Positions 31,001-41,138 are shown, counted from the first letter of the stretch. The stretch: DNA of 64,000 nt from an uncultured delta proteobacterium (GCA_963827685.1 CAWHBU010000004.1:736001-800000); one strand, 5' to 3'. Numbers and translations are program-made. The notes: a model not told the origin generated them from the letters alone.

Positions 31001-31224
31001 AAAATCCACCGAGTTCATTGAGCTCGATGGATTTTTTTGGAGAAAAGGAGTTAATGAGGAGGAAAGAGTTTTCTTCTATTCTTGAGTCCTACTATACATA
31101 ATCAACATTAAAAGAAGATTAAAATAGGATTAAAACTTTCTAACTATTGACCCCTGTTTGCAGTAGGGCAGGCAGGGCCGCTTTTTACCCCTTAGGAGAG
31201 GGTCGTTAGGAATGGAGGTGGCCT

Positions 31225-31782
31225 ATGGAAGAGGAAAGGAAGCTGACAGAAGACGAATTTGTTCTCCAGGCAATCAAAAATTTGAGGAAGGAGCCGTATC
31301 GGGGTATTCACAGCGTTTACAGTGGTTTTAATGAGGCCTTCAGAAAATATTTCGGAACAAACCCGGTTGAGGCCACTTCCAGATTGGCAGGTGAAGGGAA
31401 GATAGAGACAAGGCCCTTCAAAGGAGGGGCAATGCTATTCTTTCCCGGAGAGGCTCCGAAAAGACCTTCAGCCGATGAAATCGTTCAATTGATATTGGAA
31501 TCCGGGAATCCGTCCCTTTCTGAAGAAGAATTCCTCATCGAAGGGATAAAAAAACTAAGAAAAGAGCCTTACAGGGGTATCCACAGCGTGTTCAGTGGGC
31601 TCAATGATGCCTTCCGAAAGCATTTCAACAAAGACCCCGTTGAATTCACGGTCAAAATGGCTTCGGCAGGGAAGATTGAAATCATACCAATAAAAAGCGG
31701 TAAAGGGGTGATGCTCTACCTTCCTGATGAAGGGCCCAGGGGGCGTAAAACCGACGAAGCCCTAAAGAAGATTTTGGGATAA
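31225..31782 (+). CDS. Hypothetical protein with a tandem duplicated ~85-aa domain
   Basis: EF...IK.LRKEPYRGIHSV.SG.N.AFRK.F occurs twice. Confidence 0.85.
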   Translation: MEEERKLTEDEFVLQAIKNLRKEPYRGIHSVYSGFNEAFRKYFGTNPVEATSRLAGEGKIETRPFKGGAMLFFPGEAPKRPSADEIVQLILESGNPSLSEEEFLIEGIKKLRKEPYRGIHSVFSGLNDAFRKHFNKDPVEFTVKMASAGKIEIIPIKSGKGVMLYLPDEGPRGRKTDEALKKILG

Positions 31783-32051
31783 TTTCTTAGAATATAACTT
31801 CCTGAATATGAGTTGACTATGGGGGGGTGGGGGGTTCTGGACGTTGAGAATAGGCACTTCGATGATAGATTTGTGATATGATTATGATGGGTTGGAGAGG
31901 TTTTTTGTGGCGCGCGGCGGTTTTGGATTTTTTTTAAAAAAAGGCGAATTCTTTCCAAATTGTTTGGACGAGAGAGAAGAGGTAAAAGTGAAAGAAAACA
32001 TAATTGATACAGAAACTTACAATGGAATTTTTAAAAATCGCCCGCCACTAA

Positions 32052-32164
32052 AGTTCCCAGATCGGTCTCTTACCTGCCCGGGTCAGTTCCCAGATCAAAA
32101 TATAACTACGCGAACTAATTTACAAATAATGCGTTCCCAAATCACTTCAAGACAGTTCCGAGAC
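32052..32164. repeat. Candidate transposase-binding repeats at the prophage left end
   Basis: GTTCCCAGATC at 32053 and 32086, GTTCCCAAATC at 32133, GTTCCGAGAC at 32155. Confidence 0.55.
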
Positions 32165-32184
32165 TTTGTGAAATTTTGGCAAGA

Positions 32185-32548
32185 CTACTTAATATCTGGT
32201 CTCTCTTTGAGATAAAACCTATAGACCTCCTTGTCAGTAATAGAAACCAACCAATGCTTATTAACCAACCGAGTAGGATACTTTTCGTCTCCCCTTCTTT
32301 GAAGTGCCTCTAAGTTGTCGAAGATATCAATCTGAAGGGATTTTTGCCCACCATATTTTTTAACCAAAGCCTGGATCTCTTTTTCAAGTTTCTGTTTTGT
32401 AGGACTATCAATTAAGAGACTCCATATAGAACGATTGTGCTCCCCTATCGACCTGTCTAAAAATCCTGATATCTTCAGCGGCGTGCAACCTTATAATAAA
32501 AAGCATCAACACACACAGGCCGACCGCCACGTGAATTTTACTTTTCAT
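32185..32548 (-). pseudogene. Frameshifted exported protein gene downstream of the repressor
   Basis: ATG 1 nt after the repressor stop; signal-like MKSKIHVAVGLCVLMLFIIRLHAAE; removing one T from a T5 run near 32461 joins it to ORF 32185-32367. Confidence 0.45.
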
Positions 32549-32549
32549 C

Positions 32550-33077
32550 TCAGTCGCCCTCCTTTCTTTCCAACTTACTTAGTTCTATATTCTCGAGGAA
32601 CGCATCTACATTGGACTCCAGAGCCGTAACGATCTTCTCATTCCCACTATTTAAAATTTTTATGACGTTGTCAATGAACTTTCTCACGGGCACATTTTCT
32701 GATTGCCGGTTCTCGTGGTGTGCAGCTGACCCTCCGTACGTGAGAGGCGGTTCCGAAACTTGAAGGTATTCGAGACCCGCCGGTGGCGGACGTAGCAGCT
32801 GCGTTAATTTCTGAAATAGATCGTCCGGTGATTCTTCCGACTGAAAAATTTGTTTGATCGCATTCCAACGTTCCCTGGACAGACCCCAGAGGATGGTGGC
32901 TGGGGAGACGCCGAATTTTTCCTCGATAGTATATAGAAGATCAAGTGAAGGTTCCTTTTTCCCTGTCTCGATCTCGGATATGTACGCGTCGGAATATCCG
33001 ATGACATCACCAAAATCTTTTTGAACCTTATAACCCTTTGCCAACCTTAATTCCTTAATTCTTTCGCCTGGTTTCAT
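32550..33077 (-). CDS. Prophage repressor (XRE HTH)
   Basis: GERIKELR...QKDFG...YISEIETGKKEPS; divergent from ner. Confidence 0.88.
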   Translation of the reverse strand: MKPGERIKELRLAKGYKVQKDFGDVIGYSDAYISEIETGKKEPSLDLLYTIEEKFGVSPATILWGLSRERWNAIKQIFQSEESPDDLFQKLTQLLRPPPAGLEYLQVSEPPLTYGGSAAHHENRQSENVPVRKFIDNVIKILNSGNEKIVTALESNVDAFLENIELSKLERKEGD

Positions 33078-33079
33078 TA

Positions 33080-33134
33080 ATTCCGCTTTTTAGTTAATTT
33101 TTTACTTGACAACATTCCGCAAATTTGCTAAATT
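33080..33134 (+). promoter_or_regulatory. Early promoter and operator repeats
   Basis: TTGACA(33106)-17 bp-TAAATT with TG extension; two ATTCCGC-N4-T.G.TAA.TT direct repeats at 33080 and 33114. Confidence 0.65.
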
Positions 33135-33142
33135 CTCTGGCC

Positions 33143-33403
33143 ATGAGAGAGATTGACAAGTCAAACATCGAAACCGAAATAAAAAAGGCTCTTCTTGACG
33201 CCCATGTAAAACAGGTTCAGATCGCTCGTAAGCTCGGCATCGCAAAACAGTACGTCCATAGCGTGATAAAGGGCCAACGGCGCACTGCGTACGTAAGGAA
33301 GGCCATAGCCAAAGCCGCGGGGAAACGGATTGAGGATCTGTGGCCGGAGAATCATAAAAAGCCCCAGAACCACGTGGAGTTCGGGGCGAGAAAGGCGGCG
33401 TAA
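33143..33403 (+). CDS. ner: Ner/Cro-like regulator
   Basis: EIKKAL...QIARKLG...VRKAIAKAAG..IEDLWP; position divergent from the repressor. Confidence 0.8.
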   Translation: MREIDKSNIETEIKKALLDAHVKQVQIARKLGIAKQYVHSVIKGQRRTAYVRKAIAKAAGKRIEDLWPENHKKPQNHVEFGARKAA

Positions 33404-33798
33404 GATGATCCGGTTCATCAAACGAAAACTGGAAAAGTTCATAATCGAGATCATCGTTCACGACCTCCAGCGGCGCGGACAAATATACAAGCATTTAAGA
33501 ATTTCCTTGCCTTCTTCAGAGCCATTTTTTCTATCTCGATCAAATCCAATGACGAGACCTCCTTCGGGAGGGAGACAATAACCGTGCACTGGGGGAGGGA
33601 ATCTCCGATCCCAATGGGATTGAATCTTACATGAGCAACAACCTCATTTTCCAAACAAAAGACTTCGTAGAGATAGGCCGCAATTTCCATAATAAAACGA
33701 TGGGGGTTCATCCCTCCAGGGGAGGCCGTATGATCCGCACTTCCGGCAAAGAGGAGAGGATCTGCGGCCTCGCTTTATTAACCATCCTATAAATTTTT

Positions 33799-34275
33799 TT
33801 GGTCAAAAGCAATAGCAATTTTATGAAGAGATTTGCCAGTCCCGACCAGTTAAATTTCTTCGATCTACTCAGAGACCTTCGTCCGAAAAATAGCGGATTC
33901 TCATCATTTAATATAGACCTACTCCTACGCGAGACCATCAGCCAGGCGATCAAGGAATCGCCGCTTTCACGGTTTCAAATTGCTGCTCACATGAGCGAGA
34001 TTCTGGGCCTCGAGGTCAGCAAGTCGATGATCGATTCCTGGACGGCCGAGAGCCGCGAAGGGATCAACCGCTTTCCAGCCTGCTATTTACCGGCCTTTTG
34101 TCAGACCGTGAATTCGCTCGAACCACTGAAAGTGCTGGCGGATCTCCTTGGATGCGTCGTCGTCGAGGGAGAGGAGGCACTTCTCATTGAGCTTTCGAAG
34201 GTTGGGGTCGAGAAGGAGAAACTCTTTAAGAGAGAGAAGGCCATTAAAACGATTCTTGGGGGAATGAGAAAATGA
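33799..34275 (+). CDS. Mu-like phage DNA-binding protein upstream of the transposase
   Basis: SRFQIAAHMSEILG.EVSKSMIDSWTAESRE...FPA.YLPAFC. Confidence 0.75.
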   Translation: MVKSNSNFMKRFASPDQLNFFDLLRDLRPKNSGFSSFNIDLLLRETISQAIKESPLSRFQIAAHMSEILGLEVSKSMIDSWTAESREGINRFPACYLPAFCQTVNSLEPLKVLADLLGCVVVEGEEALLIELSKVGVEKEKLFKREKAIKTILGGMRK

Positions 34276-36629
34276 GGCGACTCGTTGATACGGAGGAGGC
34301 GGCGAGGATGTTGGGGATCACATCCAGGGCGGTTCGGAAATGGTTCGCCGCCGGAAAGGTCGAGGGCAAATTTGAACCGGGCAAAAGGGCGGGCAGATCT
34401 GGAATGAAATTGTTCGTATGGATCGAGGACGACCAGAGGGCAGTCGGCAGTAGGCAGAAGGCAGATAAGAAAGAGAGAGATCATACCCGGGTGAATCGGG
34501 GGGAACCGGGACGAGAGATTGTCACGCCCCTGTTTAATGGCGTGCCAATCGATACGGAGACGCGGGGATCCGGAGACTCGGAGATAACTTTACATGGTTC
34601 TACGATGTTAACTAAAGACCAAAAAAACGCCAATTTTGTCAAGTTAACTGAAACCCTGCCGTCCGGGCATCAATTCCTGGTCTCACCCCACCAGGTCCCT
34701 CCTTCCCCGGACGGCGGGGTGCCTACACTCGAAACCGAGCTTCGGCACCCAGGGGCGCTTTCTCCGTCGGCAATAAATGCCGACGCTACAGAAAATGCCC
34801 TGGATTCCGGCCCCCGGATCGATGTCCGGGGCGAGCTCCGCCGGAATGACAAAGCGGATCGTATTGCCAACCTGCGGTTCGCCCTGATCCAAGCATTTAA
34901 CGAAGAGATCGCCAAAAACCACCGGCCAAAAGTAGAGACCATTCGCAATTTTCTATCATTATATAATAGCGGGGTTCTTTTGTCCGACATCCACAAAGAA
35001 CTCGGCGAGATCTCCCGCGCCACATTATATAACTGGCGCTCAGCGGCCGCGCCGCAGGATCTCACGCCCCAATATGGCGGGGCGGGGCAATCGAAGGTAA
35101 CCGAACACGAGAAAAATATCGTCCTCACACTGCTATTGCATCAAAACCGTCTGAAAGTCTCTTACGGCATCACACTCGCCAAAGAATACCTCACCAAAAA
35201 GAGAATAGACTCGCCTTCAAGCCCTTCCACGCTGCGAAGATTCATCGATCAATTCAAAAAAGAGCATTACGACATCTGGATCCTGCGGCGCGAGGGCGAG
35301 AAGGCGCTCAAAGATAAAGTCACTCCCTATGCTGAGCGCGACTGGCGCTTGCTCGAGGTGGGCGACGGCCTGGTCGCCGACGGCCATCGGCTGAATTTTC
35401 AAGTGATCAATCCCAACACAGGCAAGCCTTGCAGGGCGGCGCTGGTGCTTTTCTGGGACTGGAGAAGTTCTTATCCGCTCGGATGGGAGCTCATGCTCGA
35501 GGAATCGACCCAATGTGTCGCCTCAGCCCTCAGAAACGCCATCGTCGCCCTGGGTAAAATTCCGAAATGGGTCTATCTCGACAACGGCAAAGCATTCAAG
35601 GCAAAGGTCTTCACGCAGGACATCGATTTTGAGGATTCGGAACTCCCCGGCATGTTTGCCCGCCTCAACATCAATTACCATTTCGCTCAACCCTACAATG
35701 CCCAATCGAAACCCATCGAAAGAATTTTTGGGATCCTGAACGAACAACTCGAGCGTCTGGTCCCATCCTATACCGGCGCCTCTATTAATGATAAGCCCGC
35801 CTGGACGAAGCGAAACGAAAAATATGCCCGGTCCCTTCACAATCCCGTTATTCCCACAATCCCGGAGACGAATGGCCTGATTTTTGCCTGGCGCGATCGC
35901 TATGCAGAGAGATCCTCCAGGGGAAGGGACGGTCTCCGGCCTATCGATATATATAATGATGGGAAAGGCCCTGGCGTTGACCCGGCCGAATTGATCTATC
36001 TAATGATGGACCGCGAGATCAAACAGGTCCACCGAAACGGCGTCACCTGGCTTGGCTGGCACTGGTTTGATGAGGCCATGTACGGCCTCAAAGATAAAGT
36101 CGTCATCCGCTATTCTCTTTCCGATCTCTCACAGATATACGTCTTTCACAAAAATGAATTCCTCTGCGCCGCAAAACCCATCGAACTGGTGCATCCGATG
36201 GCCTCCGAAAGCGAGAACCCCAAAGACATGGAGGCCGTGAAGGACGTCATCCGCCTCCAGAAGAAGGTCAAAAACACTACCCGCAAACTCTGCGATCTCC
36301 TCGAGACGAAACAGGCGAGCCAGATCGATTGGAGCAGAACGAGAAACTCCGAGATCTCCGAGACGATAGAAAAGATCGAGGCGGAGAAGAAACCGAAAGT
36401 TGTGAGATTTTCGCCTTTTGCCGACGCTCCGGAGTCTGACCCGGAGATAGTCGAACATGATGACGCAGAGCAAGATCACCTGCCACAAAGACGACGGTTT
36501 AAATACGATTTTGAAAAATATGAATGGCTGATGGTTCAGAAATCCATATCCGAAGACGACCAAAAGTGGATCGACCAGTACCGAGCCACCTCTTCGGCAT
36601 TCAAGGATGTCATCGGAGGTAAACAATGA
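34272..36629 (+). CDS. MuA-like DDE transposase
   Basis: N-terminal HTH; ADGH, YLDNGKAF, SKPIERIF DDE triad; Mu C-terminal domain. Confidence 0.95.
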   Translation: MRRLVDTEEAARMLGITSRAVRKWFAAGKVEGKFEPGKRAGRSGMKLFVWIEDDQRAVGSRQKADKKERDHTRVNRGEPGREIVTPLFNGVPIDTETRGSGDSEITLHGSTMLTKDQKNANFVKLTETLPSGHQFLVSPHQVPPSPDGGVPTLETELRHPGALSPSAINADATENALDSGPRIDVRGELRRNDKADRIANLRFALIQAFNEEIAKNHRPKVETIRNFLSLYNSGVLLSDIHKELGEISRATLYNWRSAAAPQDLTPQYGGAGQSKVTEHEKNIVLTLLLHQNRLKVSYGITLAKEYLTKKRIDSPSSPSTLRRFIDQFKKEHYDIWILRREGEKALKDKVTPYAERDWRLLEVGDGLVADGHRLNFQVINPNTGKPCRAALVLFWDWRSSYPLGWELMLEESTQCVASALRNAIVALGKIPKWVYLDNGKAFKAKVFTQDIDFEDSELPGMFARLNINYHFAQPYNAQSKPIERIFGILNEQLERLVPSYTGASINDKPAWTKRNEKYARSLHNPVIPTIPETNGLIFAWRDRYAERSSRGRDGLRPIDIYNDGKGPGVDPAELIYLMMDREIKQVHRNGVTWLGWHWFDEAMYGLKDKVVIRYSLSDLSQIYVFHKNEFLCAAKPIELVHPMASESENPKDMEAVKDVIRLQKKVKNTTRKLCDLLETKQASQIDWSRTRNSEISETIEKIEAEKKPKVVRFSPFADAPESDPEIVEHDDAEQDHLPQRRRFKYDFEKYEWLMVQKSISEDDQKWIDQYRATSSAFKDVIGGKQ

Positions 36630-37300
36630 AGGATCATTTCGTCGAGACCAAGAGCTTCAAGAAGTTTCGGGAAGGAATCGATCATATCAACCAAAAACTA
36701 AAAGGCGTCGAACGGATGCTTTTGGTTGTGGGCGAACCCGGACTTGGAAAAACGGAGGCAGCTATCCATTACTGCGCGATGAATGGCGCGGTATTCATTC
36801 GGACACTTGAAATGATGACCGGCTCGTGGGTGCTCCGGACCATTGTGAAAGAACTTGGCACCGAGCCATATTACCGGTCCGACAAAAATCATGATCTTAT
36901 CCGGGAGTTCCTCACCAGCAATCCCCGGACGATCGTCTTTGATGAAGTGGATAGGTTTACTCGCAAACCCGAGATCCTGGAGACCCTCCGCGATGTTCAC
37001 GACGTCTGCCATTGCCCAATCGTCTTTATCGGGGAAGAGACAGCCGACAAAAAAATGATGCATAACCGCAGGCTGTACCGACGCTTTGTAGAAGTTGTTC
37101 GTTTTGAAAAGCTTGATATTGACGGCGTGAAGAACTTCTTAGTTGAGACGAGCGACATCAAATATCAGGGCGACGCTGTAGACATGATCACACGCGAAAG
37201 TAATGGGAAAATCAGCGGGATCATCACCATGATCCATCATGCCGAAAACTGGGCGAAACGAAACAACGAGAAATCCATATCCGCCAAGGATCTGAAATGA
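36626..37300 (+). CDS. MuB-like AAA+ ATPase
   Basis: Walker A GEPGLGKT, Walker B VFDEVD, ETLRDVHD. Confidence 0.93.
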   Translation: MKDHFVETKSFKKFREGIDHINQKLKGVERMLLVVGEPGLGKTEAAIHYCAMNGAVFIRTLEMMTGSWVLRTIVKELGTEPYYRSDKNHDLIREFLTSNPRTIVFDEVDRFTRKPEILETLRDVHDVCHCPIVFIGEETADKKMMHNRRLYRRFVEVVRFEKLDIDGVKNFLVETSDIKYQGDAVDMITRESNGKISGIITMIHHAENWAKRNNEKSISAKDLK

Positions 37301-37800
37301 CCAGCCGTAAGGAGACTATTAAAGATGCCATCTTAAAACGATTGAGATTTTTCTCGCTGGATCAGATCGTCGAGGAGACCCATCTCCCGCGTAAAATCGT
37401 CCAGGAGATCCTCGACCTATTCGCAAAGGAGGGTTTGATCCGCGAGACCGAGCGGCCGCATAGCGTAGGGCGCCCGGGAATATACCGGATATGGCAGGTA
37501 GAGGAAGGAGAAACGTTCGCCTCGAGTAGAATGTGGGCGGTGGTTCGTTACAAAAGGGAATTCTGCCTGCGCGATCTCATCATCCTGGCCGATGCCAAAC
37601 GCGAGAACGCCCGCACATTCATCAAGTCGCTTCGCCGTACCGGTCTGATCGTGCCGAACAAACCAACGGGCATGGGCGTCTATTGGAGGCTCGTTAAGGA
37701 CCCAGGACCGAGAAGACCGTATGTGGGAGACCAGGTCAGTAGGCAGAAGGCAGAAGGCAGTAGGCAGAAAACAGAAGGAGGGAATCATGGAAAATCATGA
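37297..37800 (+). CDS. Winged-helix phage protein following MuB
   Basis: RMWAVVR...F...DL, YWRLVKDPGPRRP; ATGA coupling. Confidence 0.75.
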   Translation: MTSRKETIKDAILKRLRFFSLDQIVEETHLPRKIVQEILDLFAKEGLIRETERPHSVGRPGIYRIWQVEEGETFASSRMWAVVRYKREFCLRDLIILADAKRENARTFIKSLRRTGLIVPNKPTGMGVYWRLVKDPGPRRPYVGDQVSRQKAEGSRQKTEGGNHGKS

Positions 37801-38107
37801 CATGGAAAATGCAAGGCCATCAAGAGAGGGCTACGGGAAAATTCTGACGACGCCGGAGTCAATAGTGCGGATTTATAGGGAGATGGAGAGCCGGAGAGTG
37901 CCGCGAGAGACGCCCGCTTCGATGAAGCCGAGGCGAGGCGAGCCCTACATCTTCACGCCGAAGCGGCCGAAGATCCCGTGGTACCGGAAGATCAATTGGG
38001 AGTTTGTCATCGACGCATTCTGCATTGCCGCATTGGCTGCCGTCGCGTTCTATCTCGTGATCTGGGTTATGGTTCCATTCTTGAGGATGATATGGATGGT
38101 CAGCTAA
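37787..38107 (+). CDS. Phage membrane protein
   Basis: RBS GGAGG; C-terminal TM helix. Confidence 0.6.
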   Translation: MENHDMENARPSREGYGKILTTPESIVRIYREMESRRVPRETPASMKPRRGEPYIFTPKRPKIPWYRKINWEFVIDAFCIAALAAVAFYLVIWVMVPFLRMIWMVS

Positions 38108-38304
38108 AGCGGAACAGTTCGGAGTCGGGAGTTCGGAGTTCGGAGAAAAGAATAGAAGATGACCGGTATTATTTCCCGTGTCCGCTGAGGAAAGGGCACC
38201 CCAGGATCGCGGTCACGATCTGCCACAAACAGAAGTGCATGTTCCTGATATCAGAAGACGGCAAACTGCGGTGTGGCTACGGAGATCAGAATGCCAGGAA
38301 ATAA
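38092..38304 (+). CDS. Small Cys-containing phage protein
   Basis: YFPCP...C...KC...C; overlapping gene chain. Confidence 0.5.
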   Translation: MDGQLKRNSSESGVRSSEKRIEDDRYYFPCPLRKGHPRIAVTICHKQKCMFLISEDGKLRCGYGDQNARK

Positions 38305-38497
38305 GAAATTCATATGCCCGTTCCTCAAGAGTCAGAGAAAGGTTTCAATCGAGGAATGTTTCGGATGTCCATTCGTCGCCGCAACCGTGGAAGAGGATAG
38401 ACAGATAATAAGCATCACATGCGGTTTCCCTGAACAGGCCGGGGAACGAATTGATCGGTTTGCGGTCAAGAAAATCGAAAGAGACGGGATTGCATGA
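38291..38497 (+). CDS. Small Cys-containing phage protein
   Basis: FICP...EECFGCPF; coupled to the next gene. Confidence 0.55.
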   Translation: MPGNKKFICPFLKSQRKVSIEECFGCPFVAATVEEDRQIISITCGFPEQAGERIDRFAVKKIERDGIA

Positions 38498-38727
38498 AAG
38501 TCAAAGTCAATGGCGGGAAAGTGAGTTGGAGTGGCGTTTGGGAGACGATCATCCTGATTCTCTTTTTTTTAGTCCTGACGGCGGGGGCGTTTGGTTGGGG
38601 CATCATCTATGAGAACCGACGGTACCGGAGCGTCGAAAAGGAAGTACTGCTACAAGATCAGAAGATAAAAGAGATCAATGGAAAGCTAATTGCCTTAGAA
38701 GGCCGGCAGCCGAAAGAAAAGAAATGA
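38494..38727 (+). CDS. Phage membrane protein
   Basis: TM helix plus coiled coil; ATGA coupling. Confidence 0.65.
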   Translation: MKVKVNGGKVSWSGVWETIILILFFLVLTAGAFGWGIIYENRRYRSVEKEVLLQDQKIKEINGKLIALEGRQPKEKK

Positions 38728-39203
38728 GATGTCGGCATTGTGGAGGGGCAATTGTTGAGGATCAATGGGAACCCGGAAAATTAAAATGCCAAAGTTGCGG
38801 CCGGCGAGTCGCGGATCCGCAGGATCCGAAGGAGAACAAAATCATGGAAGAGAAAAAGACCTGTATCAAATGCGGAAAGGAACTTCCAAGGACGGAGGAA
38901 TATTTCAGCAAAAATGCGAGGAGAGAGGACGGGTTCGAGGGTCAATGCAAAACCTGCCGGAAGAAATATTTTGCGGATTATTGCGCCGGGAAACGTGTAA
39001 GGAAGGGAGCGAAGAAGGCCGAGAAGAAGGCCGCAGGGAAAAAAGATACGGGTCCTAAGATTATGGATCATCGATATGGCCCGAAAAAGGTCGAATCCAG
39101 CGAACTTCTCACAAAAGCCTCTCCGGCAGAGATTCTGATCGCCCTTCGCAAGGGTATGGCCGCTGAGATCGTCGCCATGATAGAGGAGAAATACGATCTA
39201 TGA
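38724..39203 (+). CDS. Zinc-ribbon phage protein
   Basis: CRHC/CQSC and KTCIKCGKE...F.K......G....CKTC. Confidence 0.75.
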   Translation: MRCRHCGGAIVEDQWEPGKLKCQSCGRRVADPQDPKENKIMEEKKTCIKCGKELPRTEEYFSKNARREDGFEGQCKTCRKKYFADYCAGKRVRKGAKKAEKKAAGKKDTGPKIMDHRYGPKKVESSELLTKASPAEILIALRKGMAAEIVAMIEEKYDL

Positions 39204-39388
39204 CCAGCGTAGCCGAACGAGTCAAAGAATTCATAGAGACGTGGGACAGAACTCACTGCACCATTTGTGAGGACTCACTGCAGGACGGGAAATTTATAAT
39301 GATCGACGGGAAACTTTATTGCCTGACGTGCCATGAATTTGAACTCAATAAACCCAACAAGCCCAATGAACACAAAGGACACGTTTAA
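39200..39388 (+). CDS. Small zinc-finger protein
   Basis: CTIC...YCLTC. Confidence 0.6.
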   Translation: MTSVAERVKEFIETWDRTHCTICEDSLQDGKFIMIDGKLYCLTCHEFELNKPNKPNEHKGHV

Positions 39389-39734
39389 TAACCTCGAAGC
39401 AACGATCCTGCGATTCCTGGAGGCGCACCAGGGCAGGGATTTTGCGATCTCGCGGGCGAGACTCGTCGAAAAGATCAATGAAGGATGTGCTCCTCCGGAC
39501 GAGGTCAATGAGCGGACCATCAGGCAGACGATCAAACACCTGGTCGAGCGGCACGGAGAATGGATCGGATCATGTTGCAAGGGTTACTTCATGATCCAGA
39601 CGGACCAGGAACTCCTTGCCGCCTGCAAATACTACCACGGGTACGCCCTGAGCCTCCTTCATGTCGAGGCGAAGTTGAGGAAGATTAGCATGCCGGCGCT
39701 ATTGGGCCAACTCTCATTGGAGATCGGAAAATAG
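39366..39734 (+). CDS. Winged-HTH phage protein
   Basis: HQGRDFAISR..L...ERTIRQTIKHL...IGS...GYF. Confidence 0.75.
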   Translation: MNTKDTFNNLEATILRFLEAHQGRDFAISRARLVEKINEGCAPPDEVNERTIRQTIKHLVERHGEWIGSCCKGYFMIQTDQELLAACKYYHGYALSLLHVEAKLRKISMPALLGQLSLEIGK

Positions 39735-39735
39735 G

Positions 39736-39981
39736 ATGCTTCAATATCTCGATAAAAAAGGCCGGTTGTTATTTGTTGCCGAGGGTATCTGGTTTGCTCA
39801 GCCAGAATTTAAGACGGGGAAATTTGGGACGTTCTACCGAAAGGCCAAGGGCAGGGGCATGCACAGGGTAGTTTCACCGGCATTGCCCATGAGGAATACA
39901 CGAGAGGAAGCCGAACAAGATTTCTCAGAATACGTGCGCAAGCACGGGCTGGTGCCTGTCACCGTCAGTCACCAGGAATAA
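39736..39981 (+). CDS. Hypothetical phage protein
   Basis: Coupled ORF in the early operon. Confidence 0.6.
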   Translation: MLQYLDKKGRLLFVAEGIWFAQPEFKTGKFGTFYRKAKGRGMHRVVSPALPMRNTREEAEQDFSEYVRKHGLVPVTVSHQE

Positions 39982-40031
39982 TTGTAGCGTCCTCGTTTAT
40001 CGGGGGCGGATGGAGGTTAAAGGGGGTTGAT

Positions 40032-40253
40032 ATGGATTGGAAGATCTGGTTGGCCTTTGGGGTTGGAATTTTTTTTGGAGCCTGCGGAATGGCGCTATTG
40101 ATCGGATACGTCTCAGAGAGTCTGAGAATCCACCAGGAAAGATGTAAAATATTTTCGCAGGACCTGGAAGAGGTAGTTCCCTTTTTCGATTCCCTTAAAG
40201 TTACGAGAATCTATTTCGGTGTGCCCGTCTATAAAAAGGAGAAATCATCATGA
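40032..40253 (+). CDS. Phage membrane protein
   Basis: N-terminal TM helix; coupled to gam. Confidence 0.6.
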   Translation: MDWKIWLAFGVGIFFGACGMALLIGYVSESLRIHQERCKIFSQDLEEVVPFFDSLKVTRIYFGVPVYKKEKSS

Positions 40254-40777
40254 CACTCTCGGAAATTGAAAGATTGGCGAAGGAATTTTCCGATGCACGG
40301 ACGGTCCTACGCGATCGCGTCGAGGTGCTCAATGAAGGGCTGACTGCGCTCAAAAAGCGGTATCTTCCGGGAATCCGCAACGCCGTGGAGAAAGCAAAAG
40401 AGAAACAAGCCGGTCTCTCGGACGCAATTGATGGTAGCCGCGATCTTTTTATGAAGCCCCGGACCATGACACTCTTCGGGATCAAATTCGGTATCGAAAA
40501 GCAGAAGGGAAAACTCGAATGGGAGAAGGGGGCGGTACCGGGAATTGTAAAACTGATCAAGAAATTCTTTCCCGATTCCTGGGAGGCTTACGTCAAGGTC
40601 AAAGAAGACCCCATGAAAAAGACGTTGGCGACCCTTCCGAGCGCGGATCTCAAAAAGCTCGGGATTCAGGTCACGGAGACCGGCGACGCGGTCTTCATCA
40701 AGCCCACGGATTCCGAGGTCGATAAGTTGGTGGATGCGCTGCTCAATGAGAAGAAGGAAGGGGAAGATGAGGAGTAA
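40250..40777 (+). CDS. gam: Gam-like host-nuclease inhibitor
   Basis: LF.KPRT..L.GIKFG..K.KGKL; 175 aa; position in the Mu semi-essential region. Confidence 0.8.
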   Translation: MTLSEIERLAKEFSDARTVLRDRVEVLNEGLTALKKRYLPGIRNAVEKAKEKQAGLSDAIDGSRDLFMKPRTMTLFGIKFGIEKQKGKLEWEKGAVPGIVKLIKKFFPDSWEAYVKVKEDPMKKTLATLPSADLKKLGIQVTETGDAVFIKPTDSEVDKLVDALLNEKKEGEDEE

Positions 40778-41138
40778 TTGGGCGTTTGAGCAACATTTGA
40801 AGCAATTGGAAGAGTACGAGATGGTTGGGCAAAAGAAAAACGAAAACTGGTATGAAGAATGGATCGAGCAACCGATACGAGACGTTGTGAAACTTCTGAG
40901 AGACAATGGATTCAACACTGAATGTTCATGCGGGCATGAGATGTATGTTCAGTGCCAGTACTTAATGGATGGAGATATTCACAGACTTCATCAATTGATT
41001 TGGCACTATCTGCATAACGTTGGGAAACCAATCGATTTTGAGATTGCTGTTCTTGTGAGAGTTATGGACGGTCACGCCTATTCATCTCTGAATGTAGAAT
41101 TCGGCATCCATCCGGGGTCAGAGAGGAAATCTAAATGA
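40767..41138 (+). CDS. Hypothetical phage protein (IE.PIR.VV.LL..NGF.T.CSC.H family)
   Basis: Recognisable T-x-x-SC-x-H motif; coupled ORF. Confidence 0.65.
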   Translation: MRSNWAFEQHLKQLEEYEMVGQKKNENWYEEWIEQPIRDVVKLLRDNGFNTECSCGHEMYVQCQYLMDGDIHRLHQLIWHYLHNVGKPIDFEIAVLVRVMDGHAYSSLNVEFGIHPGSERKSK

